Of a DNA stretch of 64,000 bases, positions 30,010-39,690 are shown in pieces. The number at the start of each line of letters is the position of its first letter. Within the stretch, counting starts at the first letter, position 1. The notes beneath the pieces are model-generated. The model was not told the DNA's origin. It did no database searches and saw only the letters and a program-made list of their open reading frames with translations. Location of the stretch: positions 1,632,001 through 1,696,000 of the forward strand of contig OZ242326.1 in NCBI GenBank assembly GCA_965208325.1, in the 5' to 3' direction. The DNA comes from Candidatus Poribacteria bacterium (GTDB lineage Bacteria; Poribacteria; WGA-4E; PCPOR2b). Position numbers and translations under genes: made by a program.

Positions 30010-31148
30010 AAGCAGTCTACGCAGACAATAACGCCACAACTCCCGTTGCACCAGAAGTGATGGAAACAATGAAATTATACTTTGCGGATGCGTTTTACAA
30101 TCCGAGTGCAATCAGTGGACGGGCGTATGGCATTGATACGGCCATAGCTCAAGCCAGGCGGGCCGTGGCGGAATTTCTAGGCACATCAGACGCGAATGAA
30201 ATTGTCTTCACTTCCTGCGCGACCGAGAGCAACAACTGGGCAATTTTCGGAGCAACTCGGGGGAATCCTGAACGCCGGCACATTATCACATCGAAAGTAG
30301 AACACCCCTCCGTTTTGGAAACTTGCAAGTCAATAAATAAGAATGGGTATGATGTCACGTATCTCAAGGTAGATGGTGACGGCAACCTGAACATGAATGA
30401 ACTAATTGATGCCATCCGTAGCGATACGCTTTTGGTTTCGCTAATGGCGGCGAACAATGAGACAGGAGTAACATTCCCAGTTGACCGATTATCGGCTGCC
30501 GTGAAAGAGCAAGATCCGAACATAATCTTTCACACGGATGCTACCCAATATATTGGAAAGTTACCTGTTGACCTTAGCCGTGAGTTTGAACATATAGATT
30601 TATTGTCCTTTTCCGGTCATAAATTTCATGGGCCGAAAGGGATAGGTGGGCTTTTTATTCGTAAAGGCACTCCACTGGCGCCACTACTTTATGGCGGAAA
30701 TCAAGAAAATGGCCGCCGGAGCGGTACTGAAAATGTGCCAGGAATTATTGGCATGGCTGAAGCGTGCAAGCTAGCTGACCGTAACATCACGCGTGTGAAG
30801 AATGTGGAGACTCTACGTGATGAATTAGAGGGCGAACTGCTTGGCCTGGCCCCCACGGCTTTAGTAAATGGAGGAAATGCAAACCGCTTGCCCAATACAC
30901 TCAATATTGCATTCAAAGACATGGACAGTGAAACGCTTCTCCATCAACTGTCGATGGGCGGTGTATATGCTTCAAACGGTTCGGCGTGCTCCACAGGTTC
31001 GCTGGACTACTCTCACGTTCTATCGGCGATGCAAGTGCCGTATGATTACATTGCCAGCAGCGTACGATTTAGTTTTAGTCATCTAAATAGTTCAGAGGAT
31101 GTGAATATAATCGTGGAGAGGATGAAACAGATTCGAGGGTTGGGCTAG
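30006..31148 (+). CDS. sspA: Cysteine desulfurase (IscS/NifS family; SspA/DndA role)
   Basis: DNNATT, ATESNN, EHPSV, HTDATQ, SGHKFHGPKG (PLP lysine), GSACST (catalytic Cys); ATGA overlap with the upstream gene. Confidence 0.93.
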   Translation: MKAVYADNNATTPVAPEVMETMKLYFADAFYNPSAISGRAYGIDTAIAQARRAVAEFLGTSDANEIVFTSCATESNNWAIFGATRGNPERRHIITSKVEHPSVLETCKSINKNGYDVTYLKVDGDGNLNMNELIDAIRSDTLLVSLMAANNETGVTFPVDRLSAAVKEQDPNIIFHTDATQYIGKLPVDLSREFEHIDLLSFSGHKFHGPKGIGGLFIRKGTPLAPLLYGGNQENGRRSGTENVPGIIGMAEACKLADRNITRVKNVETLRDELEGELLGLAPTALVNGGNANRLPNTLNIAFKDMDSETLLHQLSMGGVYASNGSACSTGSLDYSHVLSAMQVPYDYIASSVRFSFSHLNSSEDVNIIVERMKQIRGLG

Positions 31149-31288
31149 CCGAATCTTTCCAATACCTTGCTAATTCGCGGTGGATTTGCATGGTGAACTT
31201 AGGATTATGGTAGGTAAGATTTCGCCTTCGGAACCGTTTGCTGGCAACGATAAAGCCTACGAAGATAGAACCACATTCCGAATGCCCG

Positions 31289-32848
31289 CTAAATCAATAA
31301 GTCGTCGCCGATTGGAAAGAACTGGTCGGCGGCGCGAAGCAGATCCATTGATGTATTATGTTCAAAGGCTACAATCTCTATACGCTTCTGCTGCTGCTTT
31401 ATGGTTTCAGCAAGTGCGCAGAAATCCCCATCGCCGCTCGCCAGAATGACGACATCCAGAGCGTCCAGCCTTGAAACCACGTCTATCGTGATTCCAACGT
31501 CCCAATCCCCCTTTGCCGACCCATCCCCGCGCAGCCGCAAATCCTTACTCTTTATGGTATACCCGTTGTGTTCCAGAAGCGACAAGAAACCCGCTTGGTT
31601 AATTTCAGGGATTTGGACGACATACGCATACGCCAAAACCAGCTTTCGGGGACCAACGATGAGGTCGAGCAGCTTAATGTAATCCAGGCGTCCGGAGTAC
31701 CGGTCTTTTGCTGCATAGAACATGTTCTGTACATCAACAAAAACCCCGACGGCGGGTTGGTTTTCCGCTATACGCGTACGGGTTCCACCGCCAATCGCCT
31801 GTCTGTCAACAAAATTGTTTGAAATCCTTTCCTCTTCGTGCGTTATTACGACTCTCGAATTCCTGTGACTCTCCCGCAAATTAGCAAGATTAGCTTGGGG
31901 ATCCGAGCGATTCCGACCGATAATTTCCAGACTCCGGTAGGCGGCATTTTCAACGGATTTTAGTTCCAGCGCAAGCTGCGTTCTCTCTGCCTTAAGTTGA
32001 TGGAGGTCACCAAGTTGATTAGAAAGGTTTTGGACATCTTCACGAAGCGTTATATTTTCATGCTCTAGCTGCTCGCAACGGGATTCAATTTCCTCGTATT
32101 GATGCTGTTCGTGATCCTTTAATTGGCTGATTTCGCCGGCTAACTCTTGGAGTTGTTGTTTAAGTTCACTATTTTCGTGCTGCGACGCCGCCTGTTCACG
32201 CCGAAATTCATGAATAGTTTCGTGGAGTTCATCAATCTTTGCATTTTGCTCAGAAATCTGGTTTAAGTCAGGTTTAGCGTCCGGACTAGTTAACAAAGCG
32301 GCGCTGACGGCTTCGTCACCTACATCGCGGCTAGGCTGAGCATTCTCGAAGTCCATATCCGACGCCTGGGCGTCAGATTCTGCCGGTAAGCTTCGCGAAT
32401 CTACATTTTGGTTAGCTTCGTTAGAAATTGCTTGGGACTGTAGGAGTTGATCGTGCTGCGCAAGCAGCGTGACACCGTGCTGCTGCACATCGTCACGCGG
32501 ATTAATCAAGAGCGCCCAAATCATTGAGCCGAATTCCCCATCTTCCAAAAGTTGCGCCGCATCTCTCAAGTAGAGCCGAATCTCTTCGACATTCATGTAC
32601 TCTACCCGGCGTGCCGCTTGTTCCGCCTTTTTTACAAGCGACCAACTCACCAACTTTTCAATAATGGCTTTATCAAAGAATTCCGCCGCTAATGTTTTCG
32701 AAAGGGAATGCAATTCCTCCGATTCACTATGGATACCACATTGCTCCGCCAACGTCGTAATTTCTTGTCCGCTGAAGCAGTCATCAAGAATCCAAGCCAG
32801 ATGATGTGCGGGAATACGTACATTCACCTTTGGATAATCCTGAAACAT
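31289..32848 (-). CDS. NYN (LabA/DUF88, PIN-like) domain protein with N-terminal helical region and coiled coil
   Basis: C-terminal VFVDVQNM, KGDWDVGITID, LASGDGDF, L...AD.F; central heptad-rich E/Q/L segment. Confidence 0.85.
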   Translation of the reverse strand: MFQDYPKVNVRIPAHHLAWILDDCFSGQEITTLAEQCGIHSESEELHSLSKTLAAEFFDKAIIEKLVSWSLVKKAEQAARRVEYMNVEEIRLYLRDAAQLLEDGEFGSMIWALLINPRDDVQQHGVTLLAQHDQLLQSQAISNEANQNVDSRSLPAESDAQASDMDFENAQPSRDVGDEAVSAALLTSPDAKPDLNQISEQNAKIDELHETIHEFRREQAASQHENSELKQQLQELAGEISQLKDHEQHQYEEIESRCEQLEHENITLREDVQNLSNQLGDLHQLKAERTQLALELKSVENAAYRSLEIIGRNRSDPQANLANLRESHRNSRVVITHEEERISNNFVDRQAIGGGTRTRIAENQPAVGVFVDVQNMFYAAKDRYSGRLDYIKLLDLIVGPRKLVLAYAYVVQIPEINQAGFLSLLEHNGYTIKSKDLRLRGDGSAKGDWDVGITIDVVSRLDALDVVILASGDGDFCALAETIKQQQKRIEIVAFEHNTSMDLLRAADQFFPIGDDLLI

Positions 32849-32951
32849 GGCTAATCTCCAAAATGTGAGGGGTTAGGTGTAATCATTAATCCACAAGGAA
32901 AACAGAAGGGATTCAGAAAACGATTGATTCTGATAATCTTATTCATAAAGC

Positions 32952-33386
32952 CTACGCCGATCTCTGCATTCTTGCTGATAACTTTGCACCGATCCACGCC
33001 ATAGGCAAATAGGCGCCTACTAAGTCCACGACGACAAACCAAACGGGAGACGGCAGCATCAATGCATTGATACTACCTAATATCAGAAATAAAACACCAA
33101 TCACCAACGCCACTGTCATCTTGGAAGTAGCAGCTATGAATACTGCGGCAAAAGCGCCTACCAGCGTTCCCAAAGCGTGTGCTACGAACGGGACAATGAA
33201 GTGTTTAAATTCGAAAAGATGCATGCCGGACTTGATGGATTCGACATCTCTCACATCAACACCCGCAGGGGGCGGGATGATTTCGGCGCCAACTATGACC
33301 AGTCCCATATTTACAGCGCTACCTGCGGCGAGGCCTGCGATGACGGCTAGCCCATTTCTGATTATTGGATTCATAACTCTCCTCAC
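32952..33386 (-). CDS. Small membrane protein (about 4 TM)
   Basis: Four hydrophobic segments; GAGGAG RBS before an internal ATG. Confidence 0.75.
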   Translation of the reverse strand: MRRVMNPIIRNGLAVIAGLAAGSAVNMGLVIVGAEIIPPPAGVDVRDVESIKSGMHLFEFKHFIVPFVAHALGTLVGAFAAVFIAATSKMTVALVIGVLFLILGSINALMLPSPVWFVVVDLVGAYLPMAWIGAKLSARMQRSA

Positions 33387-33465
33387 CGGTTAGTTTGTAC
33401 GGGATTTTGCCCCATCGTTACTTATTAACGCCTTGCGCTTGAGAAACGGAGAGAATCAGCGATCG

Positions 33466-34782
33466 TTAAATCTTGATTATTTTATCTTGATGATTATCGA
33501 CTGATTTTGTTGCATTTCGCGAATCTACAACCACATCAGCACATTCGACAAGCCAATCGTAATTTATGCTTGAATGATCTGTCATAATCGCGACGCAATC
33601 CACCTGACTAATGAGTTCGACGGTCAACTCCTGAGACATATAACGGTCCGGAAAACTATCCCCTGTACTTCCTACGTGAAATTCCGGAACGTAAGGATCG
33701 TGATATAGAATTTCACCGCCGCGGCCGGTGAGCAGGCGGACCACATCAATCGCCGGGGATTCTCGAATGTCCCCCACGTCCTTTTTGTATGCGACACCAA
33801 TAATCAAAATTTTTGAGCCGTTTACCGCCTTTCGTTGGCGATTAAGTGCGTCAATAACCTTGTCCAGCACATATTCTGGCATTGAACTGTTGATTTCGCT
33901 GGCAAGTTCAATAAACCGGGCGTAAAACTCATACGTCTTCGCCTTCCACGATAGATGCAACGGATCGACTGGGAGGCAGTGTCCGCCCAAACCGGGTCCG
34001 GGGTAAAACGGCATGAATCCAAACGGTTTTGTCGCTGCCGCATCGACGATTTCCCAGACATCCAGATTCATTCGGTCGCACATCAACGCCATTTCATTCA
34101 CTAGGCCAATATTGACACTGCGGAACGTATTTTCTAGCAGTTTGACCATTTCCGCTGTCCTCGTGGAGGAAACCGGATGTACCTCGTTAATAAACTCTTC
34201 ATAAAAACGCTGCGCAATTCGCGTACAAGCGGGGGTTATCCCGCCGACAATCTTCGGTGTGTTCACGGTCGTGTAGATTTTGTTGCCGGGATCGATCCGC
34301 TCGGGCGAAAATGCGAGGAAAAAATCTCGGCCGACCTTTAAGCCGGTTGACTCAAGCTTTGGCAGGACAACTTCCTCCGTTGTACCGGGATAGGTCGTAC
34401 TCTCTAGTATTATCAACTGATCTTTATGCAAATACTGCGCAGCGCGCTCCACCGCTGAAAGAATAAAACTCATGTCCGGATCTTTACTCTTCCGCAACGG
34501 CGTCGGAACGCAAATATTGACCGTATCCAAATCTTTCAACGCCCGATAATCCGTTGTGGCGTGAATCTGCCCACGTTCGACCAAAGGCGCGACGTTCTCT
34601 GAAGGCACGTCCGGAACGTAAGAAATCCCCTGCTGAATTCGCACAACTTTACTGCTGGATGTATCTATCCCCGTCACGGAAAAGCCCGCTTTCGCAATCG
34701 CAACCGCGAGGGGCAGACCGACGTAGCCAAGCCCGATAACACCTGCGCGAAGTGTTCGAGCCTCAATCTTTTGTCGAATCAT
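33466..34782 (-). CDS. Nucleotide sugar dehydrogenase (UDP-GlcNAc/ManNAc 6-dehydrogenase family)
   Basis: GLGYVGLP, ICVPTP, LESTTYPGTT, FSPERIDPG, KLLENTFR, GGHCLPVDP, YKKDVGDIRESP. Confidence 0.95.
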   Translation of the reverse strand: MIRQKIEARTLRAGVIGLGYVGLPLAVAIAKAGFSVTGIDTSSSKVVRIQQGISYVPDVPSENVAPLVERGQIHATTDYRALKDLDTVNICVPTPLRKSKDPDMSFILSAVERAAQYLHKDQLIILESTTYPGTTEEVVLPKLESTGLKVGRDFFLAFSPERIDPGNKIYTTVNTPKIVGGITPACTRIAQRFYEEFINEVHPVSSTRTAEMVKLLENTFRSVNIGLVNEMALMCDRMNLDVWEIVDAAATKPFGFMPFYPGPGLGGHCLPVDPLHLSWKAKTYEFYARFIELASEINSSMPEYVLDKVIDALNRQRKAVNGSKILIIGVAYKKDVGDIRESPAIDVVRLLTGRGGEILYHDPYVPEFHVGSTGDSFPDRYMSQELTVELISQVDCVAIMTDHSSINYDWLVECADVVVDSRNATKSVDNHQDKIIKI

Positions 34783-34836
34783 ATGCCGTTGAATAAGTTA
34801 TGTATTGAAAGGCAGTTAAGGATTAGTCATGAATGG

Positions 34837-35403
34837 TCAATCGGATTCATTGAGTATCCATAACGCCGCCCGATATAGGTCGGCGAAAATCTTTGCCGCA
34901 CGTAAATTATCGTGAGAACCGGGATTGTGAGTCTGTTTATCATCGACTTGCGAGTAGTTTCCCGTCAATACAAAAACGGATTGGCATCCAACTTGTTGAC
35001 CTGCCGCGATGTCCCTTATCGAATCCCCAACGAGGTAAGACTGCGGCAAGTCGATTCCGTGCTCGTGCGCCGCTTGGATTAGTAACCCCGGCTTGGGTTT
35101 TCGGCAACTGCACCCTTCGTCCGCCCGATGAGGACAGTGGTAAATTGCGTGAATACGACCTCCAGCCCGCTCAATTTCCGTCATCATCCGCTGGTGAATG
35201 CCGTCCAGTGTTCGTGGAGCAACGATGCCTTTGTTGATGCAGGACTGGTTTGTGACGACAATAAGACGGTGTCCGGCATCCGTGAGACGTTGAATTGCTC
35301 TTAGCGAATTCGGGATGAATTCAAATTCGTCCCAACTCTTGACATAGTCATTTTTGCGATTGCGATTGATTACCCCATCCCGATCAAGAAAGACGGTCTT
35401 CAC
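34837..35403 (-). CDS. gmhB: D-glycero-D-manno-heptose 1,7-bisphosphate phosphatase
   Basis: FLDRDGVIN, VTNQS, CPH....CSCRKPKPG, VGDS..D; GTG start at 35403. Confidence 0.9.
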   Translation of the reverse strand: MKTVFLDRDGVINRNRKNDYVKSWDEFEFIPNSLRAIQRLTDAGHRLIVVTNQSCINKGIVAPRTLDGIHQRMMTEIERAGGRIHAIYHCPHRADEGCSCRKPKPGLLIQAAHEHGIDLPQSYLVGDSIRDIAAGQQVGCQSVFVLTGNYSQVDDKQTHNPGSHDNLRAAKIFADLYRAALWILNESD

Positions 35404-36442
35404 GCTGCGCCTCCAAACAAATCGCCTGAGAAAGGCTATCGTGCGTAGCGGCGGCGCATCCGACCTCGCCAACAACGATTCCGCCCGCTAAATTAGAAAG
35501 CCGCGCGGCATCATACATGTCGGCACCGGCGGCGAGCGCAAGCGTAAATACCGCCACAACCGTGTCACCTGCACCGGTGTCGTCGAAAACATCGCGGGGC
35601 TGCGCAGGAGAAATGTGCTCTACTTGCATTCGCGGGCTGTCTCCAATCCTGCGAAATAGAGACATACCTTGTTCACCGCGAGTGATGAGTAAACCGTCCA
35701 GAGCCAATCTGTCCAAAATCTCTTCGCCGACCCCAATTAAGGAATTTTCGTCCGTAATTTCCCGGTTCAATGCGGCACCGGCTTCTTTGTGGTTCGGCGT
35801 GATGGATGTTACGCCTTTGTAGTGCCAAAAATTCTCGACCTTGGGATCCACGACGATCGGCTTGTTATATTGACGAGCTACAATGAGAATATTTTCGATG
35901 AGTTCCGGGTTCAAAACTCCTTTCTCGTAGTCCTCAATTATGAGGGCGTCCGCCTGTGAAATTCGATCGGTTACCGCCTTCAGCAACTCATCCTGTAAGG
36001 ACGCATCGACGGGCAAACTCGATTCTCGGTCAATTCGCAAAAGTTGTTGATGATTGGACACACTCGTTGACGAGGCTCGCGCAATCACGCGCGTCTTGGC
36101 GCTTGTTGGGCGGCTTGAATCGGTGTGGATGCCGCCGGTATTTATCCCTGCTTCTTGAAGTATACCAATCAGTGTTTTTCCGTTGCTGTCACTGCCAATC
36201 ACCCCAATGAGGTTGGCGTACCCGCCGAGGCTCGCAACGTTATGCGCTACGTTAGCAGCACCGCCGAATAGAGCTGTTTCAGAGGTCGTTTCCAATACTG
36301 GTACGGGAGCTTCCGGTGAAATTCGTTTAACATCTCCCCAGATATACTCATCTAAGATGAGGTCGCCGATGATTACAACATGTTTTCCTTCCAGCCGATC
36401 TAATATAGCTTGTAAGCTCTCCCTCGCCAAATGCCACCCCAT
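35384..36442 (-). CDS. rfaE1: D-glycero-beta-D-manno-heptose-7-phosphate kinase (HldE/RfaE domain I)
   Basis: GDLILDEYIWG..RISPEAPVP, GGAANVA, VDPK, TPN..EA, DDTGAGDTV. Confidence 0.92.
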   Translation of the reverse strand: MGWHLARESLQAILDRLEGKHVVIIGDLILDEYIWGDVKRISPEAPVPVLETTSETALFGGAANVAHNVASLGGYANLIGVIGSDSNGKTLIGILQEAGINTGGIHTDSSRPTSAKTRVIARASSTSVSNHQQLLRIDRESSLPVDASLQDELLKAVTDRISQADALIIEDYEKGVLNPELIENILIVARQYNKPIVVDPKVENFWHYKGVTSITPNHKEAGAALNREITDENSLIGVGEEILDRLALDGLLITRGEQGMSLFRRIGDSPRMQVEHISPAQPRDVFDDTGAGDTVVAVFTLALAAGADMYDAARLSNLAGGIVVGEVGCAAATHDSLSQAICLEAQREDRLS

Positions 36443-36597
36443 CGCGTCTTACAATTTTAGCATACCTTCACGAATCTCATCAAGGAGAACGCTATTTCTG
36501 AAGTTTTTCATCTGCCTGTAATGCATTTCTGCGATTCCGGTCAACCCCCAAATCGTCTTTTCTGTGAGAAACAGAAACTGCGAAAACAACAATGCAA

Positions 36598-37473
36598 TTA
36601 TGTGGAAGGGTAAATGAGGTATCCGGTGCGTTCGGTGCGAACGCGAAATAGACAGCCCCCCGCGGTCACATACAGCGTTCGCAGATCGTCATCTCCAAAG
36701 GTGCAATTGGTTGGGATATCTACCGGCATCGGATGCGATTCCAAGACACGTCCGTTCGGCGCGAAAACATAAATCATGGGACCAGGCCCGCTCTTCCGCC
36801 AGCCTGCGGCGGCGACGATATTGCCTTCGGTATCCAAACACATACCGTCAACACCGCGATGGGGGTAAAAGTTGTGCAGAATTTCATAATCGCCAACCGT
36901 GCCGTCTTCTCTTATGGGATAGGCGCGCAATTCTCGCTTCTTATTTTCACCGTATTCGCTCTGAGCCACGTAAAGCCATTTCCCATCTAGCGAAATTAAG
37001 AGTCCATTCGGTTTTGTTGTGTCGTGGGTGACCCGACTGATTTTCCAGGTGTCATCTGGTTGGGGATCCAATCGAAACACCGACTGGTGATCCAGTTCCA
37101 AATCATCGGTTCTGTCGCCGTAGCGCGGATCGGTAAACCAGAGACTGCCTTGTGTATCGAAAGCAAGATCGTTCGGGCTGTTGAGTCGTTTCTCATCAAA
37201 TGTTTCCGCAACGACAGTGGTTGTACCGTCCCGGTCGTATCGCACAATCCGCCTGCCGCCGCCCTCGCACCCGTACAACTGCCCCGTTCTGTCGAACATG
37301 AGTCCATTGGCACCGTTCGTTCCTGTCCGAAAGACGGTGCATTCACCGCAACCCGGTGTGTATCGCATAATGCGGCTGTTCGGGATGTCGGTAAAGAGCA
37401 CTGCCTCCCCGTCCCAAGCGGACCCTTCCGTAAAGCTGAACGGTCCAGCAACCTGTTCAAAGTCCCAATGCAT
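36598..37473 (-). CDS. SMP-30/gluconolactonase/LRE family protein
   Basis: FTEG..W, NGL, NSPNDL, FTDPRY, PNGL, DGMCLD, PTNCTFG. Confidence 0.92.
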   Translation of the reverse strand: MHWDFEQVAGPFSFTEGSAWDGEAVLFTDIPNSRIMRYTPGCGECTVFRTGTNGANGLMFDRTGQLYGCEGGGRRIVRYDRDGTTTVVAETFDEKRLNSPNDLAFDTQGSLWFTDPRYGDRTDDLELDHQSVFRLDPQPDDTWKISRVTHDTTKPNGLLISLDGKWLYVAQSEYGENKKRELRAYPIREDGTVGDYEILHNFYPHRGVDGMCLDTEGNIVAAAGWRKSGPGPMIYVFAPNGRVLESHPMPVDIPTNCTFGDDDLRTLYVTAGGCLFRVRTERTGYLIYPST

Positions 37474-37618
37474 TTCCTGCCTCTTAAAAGTACGTGTCGA
37501 TTCAGATGCTTTATTGAAGCATACACGAATCCATAAAAGAAGGCAAGGAAAAAGTTGGCGATTATTCGACGGAGTCGATGGATTCGCGGCGATACGCCAT
37601 CCAATAATGAAATGACGT

Positions 37619-38122
37619 TTAATCCATTTCAAGAGGCGTGAGAATCTGTGTATCGGCGGGGATTTGCGGCACGGTGCAGGCTTCAAAAGTCAATTGCAAA
37701 TCGCGGGGTCGGTACGGCGTTCCGAACGCACCTAGAGTAGATTCTCGAACGATGCGTTGGAGATGGCGGACTGATGCTTGCGCGAATCTAGCGTTGACAA
37801 ACAGGTACGAATTCGGCGTGACGGCTTCGCCGCGGTGCCGCTTCCACCTGAGAAATGTCTTCAACTGTCCGTGAAATTCGTTCGATACGGGTATGGACCG
37901 CGGGTTATTTTCGTGCCCAACTTTCGCGCCAATGTGGAGGTGGGTAAACGTTTCAACGCTGGGTTTTAAATCGGCGACGCGTAATTCACGAAGTTCAGCA
38001 ACACTCAACCCGGTCCGCAGAATGGTTAGCACAACGCAGAAATCTCGAAAGTTGCGGTTTCGATGCGTCCAGTCAAGAAGTCGTAGTTCCTCATCAATGG
38101 TGAGTATCTTCGGTCTGCGCAT
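37619..38122 (-). CDS. Short tyrosine recombinase-like catalytic-domain protein, apparently inactive
   Basis: PKILT..E, TGLSVAEL..L...D, YLF, LQRIVR, PRDLQLTF resemble the Xer/integrase fold but with catalytic residues substituted. Confidence 0.65.
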   Translation of the reverse strand: MRRPKILTIDEELRLLDWTHRNRNFRDFCVVLTILRTGLSVAELRELRVADLKPSVETFTHLHIGAKVGHENNPRSIPVSNEFHGQLKTFLRWKRHRGEAVTPNSYLFVNARFAQASVRHLQRIVRESTLGAFGTPYRPRDLQLTFEACTVPQIPADTQILTPLEMD

Positions 38123-38199
38123 CCTGCACGTGTTCCCATCAAGGTGACGAGCTGTTTTGCCGCAATTGCGCTGCCCGTACTCGAAGAGCCCGGAATAGA

Positions 38200-38709
38200 T
38201 TATTGTTTAAATTTCCGCTTCAAAATCTCCAACACAACCGGAGGCACCATTTCTATTAGCTTGTCTTCACTCACTTTTTGTCCGCCAATCTGTAAAATTT
38301 CCATGACGAGTGTGGAACTCAAATGAGCAAATTTTGTGTTTGCCATCATGAATAAGGTGTCAACCCCAGGGGCTATTTGGCGGTTCATGCGCGCCATTTG
38401 GAATTCCTTCTCAAAGTCGGAGAATTCTCTGAGACCCCGAATAATTGTGCAGGCGCCTCGCTCTTGCGCATATTGTGCTGTGAGACCGGAAAACTTGTCT
38501 ATGCCAACATTGGGGTAAGGATGGATGACAGCTTCCAACATTTCAATCTGTTCTTGAAGCGTAAATCGAGCGGTTTTGGCAGGATTAATGCCGATTGCCA
38601 CAATCAGCGAATCGAAAAGGGAGAGATTGCAGACGCGATCGATTAAATCGACGTGACCGTTCGTAACGGGATCGAAACTTGCGGGAAAAATCGCGATTTT
38701 TTTGGACAC
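38200..38709 (-). CDS. coaD: Pantetheine-phosphate adenylyltransferase
   Basis: SFDPVTNGH, IRGLR..SDFE.E.QMA.MN, SST.V. Confidence 0.95.
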   Translation of the reverse strand: MSKKIAIFPASFDPVTNGHVDLIDRVCNLSLFDSLIVAIGINPAKTARFTLQEQIEMLEAVIHPYPNVGIDKFSGLTAQYAQERGACTIIRGLREFSDFEKEFQMARMNRQIAPGVDTLFMMANTKFAHLSSTLVMEILQIGGQKVSEDKLIEMVPPVVLEILKRKFKQ

Positions 38710-38767
38710 GCCGGAATCCTTATTTCACAACATTACGGGGATTGAGAGTGTGATTCAGGTTGCCGAA

Positions 38768-38797
38768 ATCTTAACACACGGCTGTTGCGCCCGTCAA
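38768..38797 (-). promoter_or_regulatory. Putative sigma-70 promoter of coaD
   Basis: Minus strand TTGACG-18 nt-TAAGAT with TG extension. Confidence 0.5.
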
Positions 38798-38845
38798 CTC
38801 GAATGTGTTACCGCGTTCGTACCGGACACATTGCAGAAAAATCGA

Positions 38846-38874
38846 TTGACCAAATCCCCATGCTAGTTTATCAT
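38846..38874 (+). promoter_or_regulatory. Putative sigma-70 promoter of the HAD hydrolase
   Basis: TTGACC-17 nt-TATCAT, divergent from the coaD promoter. Confidence 0.55.
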
Positions 38875-38923
38875 ATCAATGCTATCCTAGGATTTTCGCG
38901 AGCCACGTCAATTTCCCTCAGAC

Positions 38924-39646
38924 ATGATTAAAGCCGTCACATTCGATTTTTGGCAAACCCTTTACGCCGATTCGCAAGAACTGAAGCGCGAGCGTCAGGC
39001 GATGCGAACCCGTTACTGCCACAAATTTCTTGTGGAACAAGGGCACGACGTGACACCAACGGAAGTTAATTCTAGCATTCAAAATGCCTACAGGCTCGCG
39101 GAAACCATGTGGTATCAACATCGGGGGGTCACAGTTGACGCGTGTATTTTGCGCCTCCTAGATACGCTTGGGATTCAGCCAACGCCGCCAGTCGTGGAAC
39201 ACCTCGTTCACCTCACAGGCGAGGCTTGCTTGAACGTACCGCCGGTGCTCATACCGTACACCAATGATACGCTTGCTCAACTTAGCGGGAAGTATCAGTT
39301 AGGGATTATCTCAGACACGGGTTTGACGCCAAGCCGAGTTTTGCGCCAGTTAATGACAGCGGATGGCATGCTCGGATTGTTCGCAGCGCAGACCTATTCT
39401 GACGAGACGGCGCACACTAAACCGGAAGTCATACAGTTCCACTCGACGCTGAAACAGCTCAATGTACAGCCCGGTGAGGCGGTTCATATCGGTGATTTGG
39501 TTTGGACGGATATCGTCGGCGCGAAAAACGCTGGAATGAAAGCGATTCAATTTTCAGGCGTAACGGCAAGAGCGGACAACGATGAATTGTGCGATGCTGC
39601 GTTTGATGATTATCGGCAGCTTGAGGAGATCCTACATCGGTTGTGA
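38924..39646 (+). CDS. HAD family hydrolase
   Basis: FDFWQTL, ISDT, KP, HIGD...DI.GA..AGM. Confidence 0.92.
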   Translation: MIKAVTFDFWQTLYADSQELKRERQAMRTRYCHKFLVEQGHDVTPTEVNSSIQNAYRLAETMWYQHRGVTVDACILRLLDTLGIQPTPPVVEHLVHLTGEACLNVPPVLIPYTNDTLAQLSGKYQLGIISDTGLTPSRVLRQLMTADGMLGLFAAQTYSDETAHTKPEVIQFHSTLKQLNVQPGEAVHIGDLVWTDIVGAKNAGMKAIQFSGVTARADNDELCDAAFDDYRQLEEILHRL

Positions 39647-39690
39647 GTACATGGCAGGAGTTAAGCCTTGTCAAATCTTGGCGAATCCGA

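Noticed and set aside
13871..31148. BREX type 4, a conjugative element or a type VII secretion locus
   Set aside because: No PglZ or BrxL-like gene, relaxase, VirB4/T4SS or WXG100 genes were recognised; the FtsK domain lacks TM segments and is coupled to PT-type genes.
30006..31148. Housekeeping iscS of an Fe-S assembly operon
   Set aside because: No iscR/iscU/suf neighbours; it overlaps the FtsK-like gene by 4 nt and fits the SspA role.
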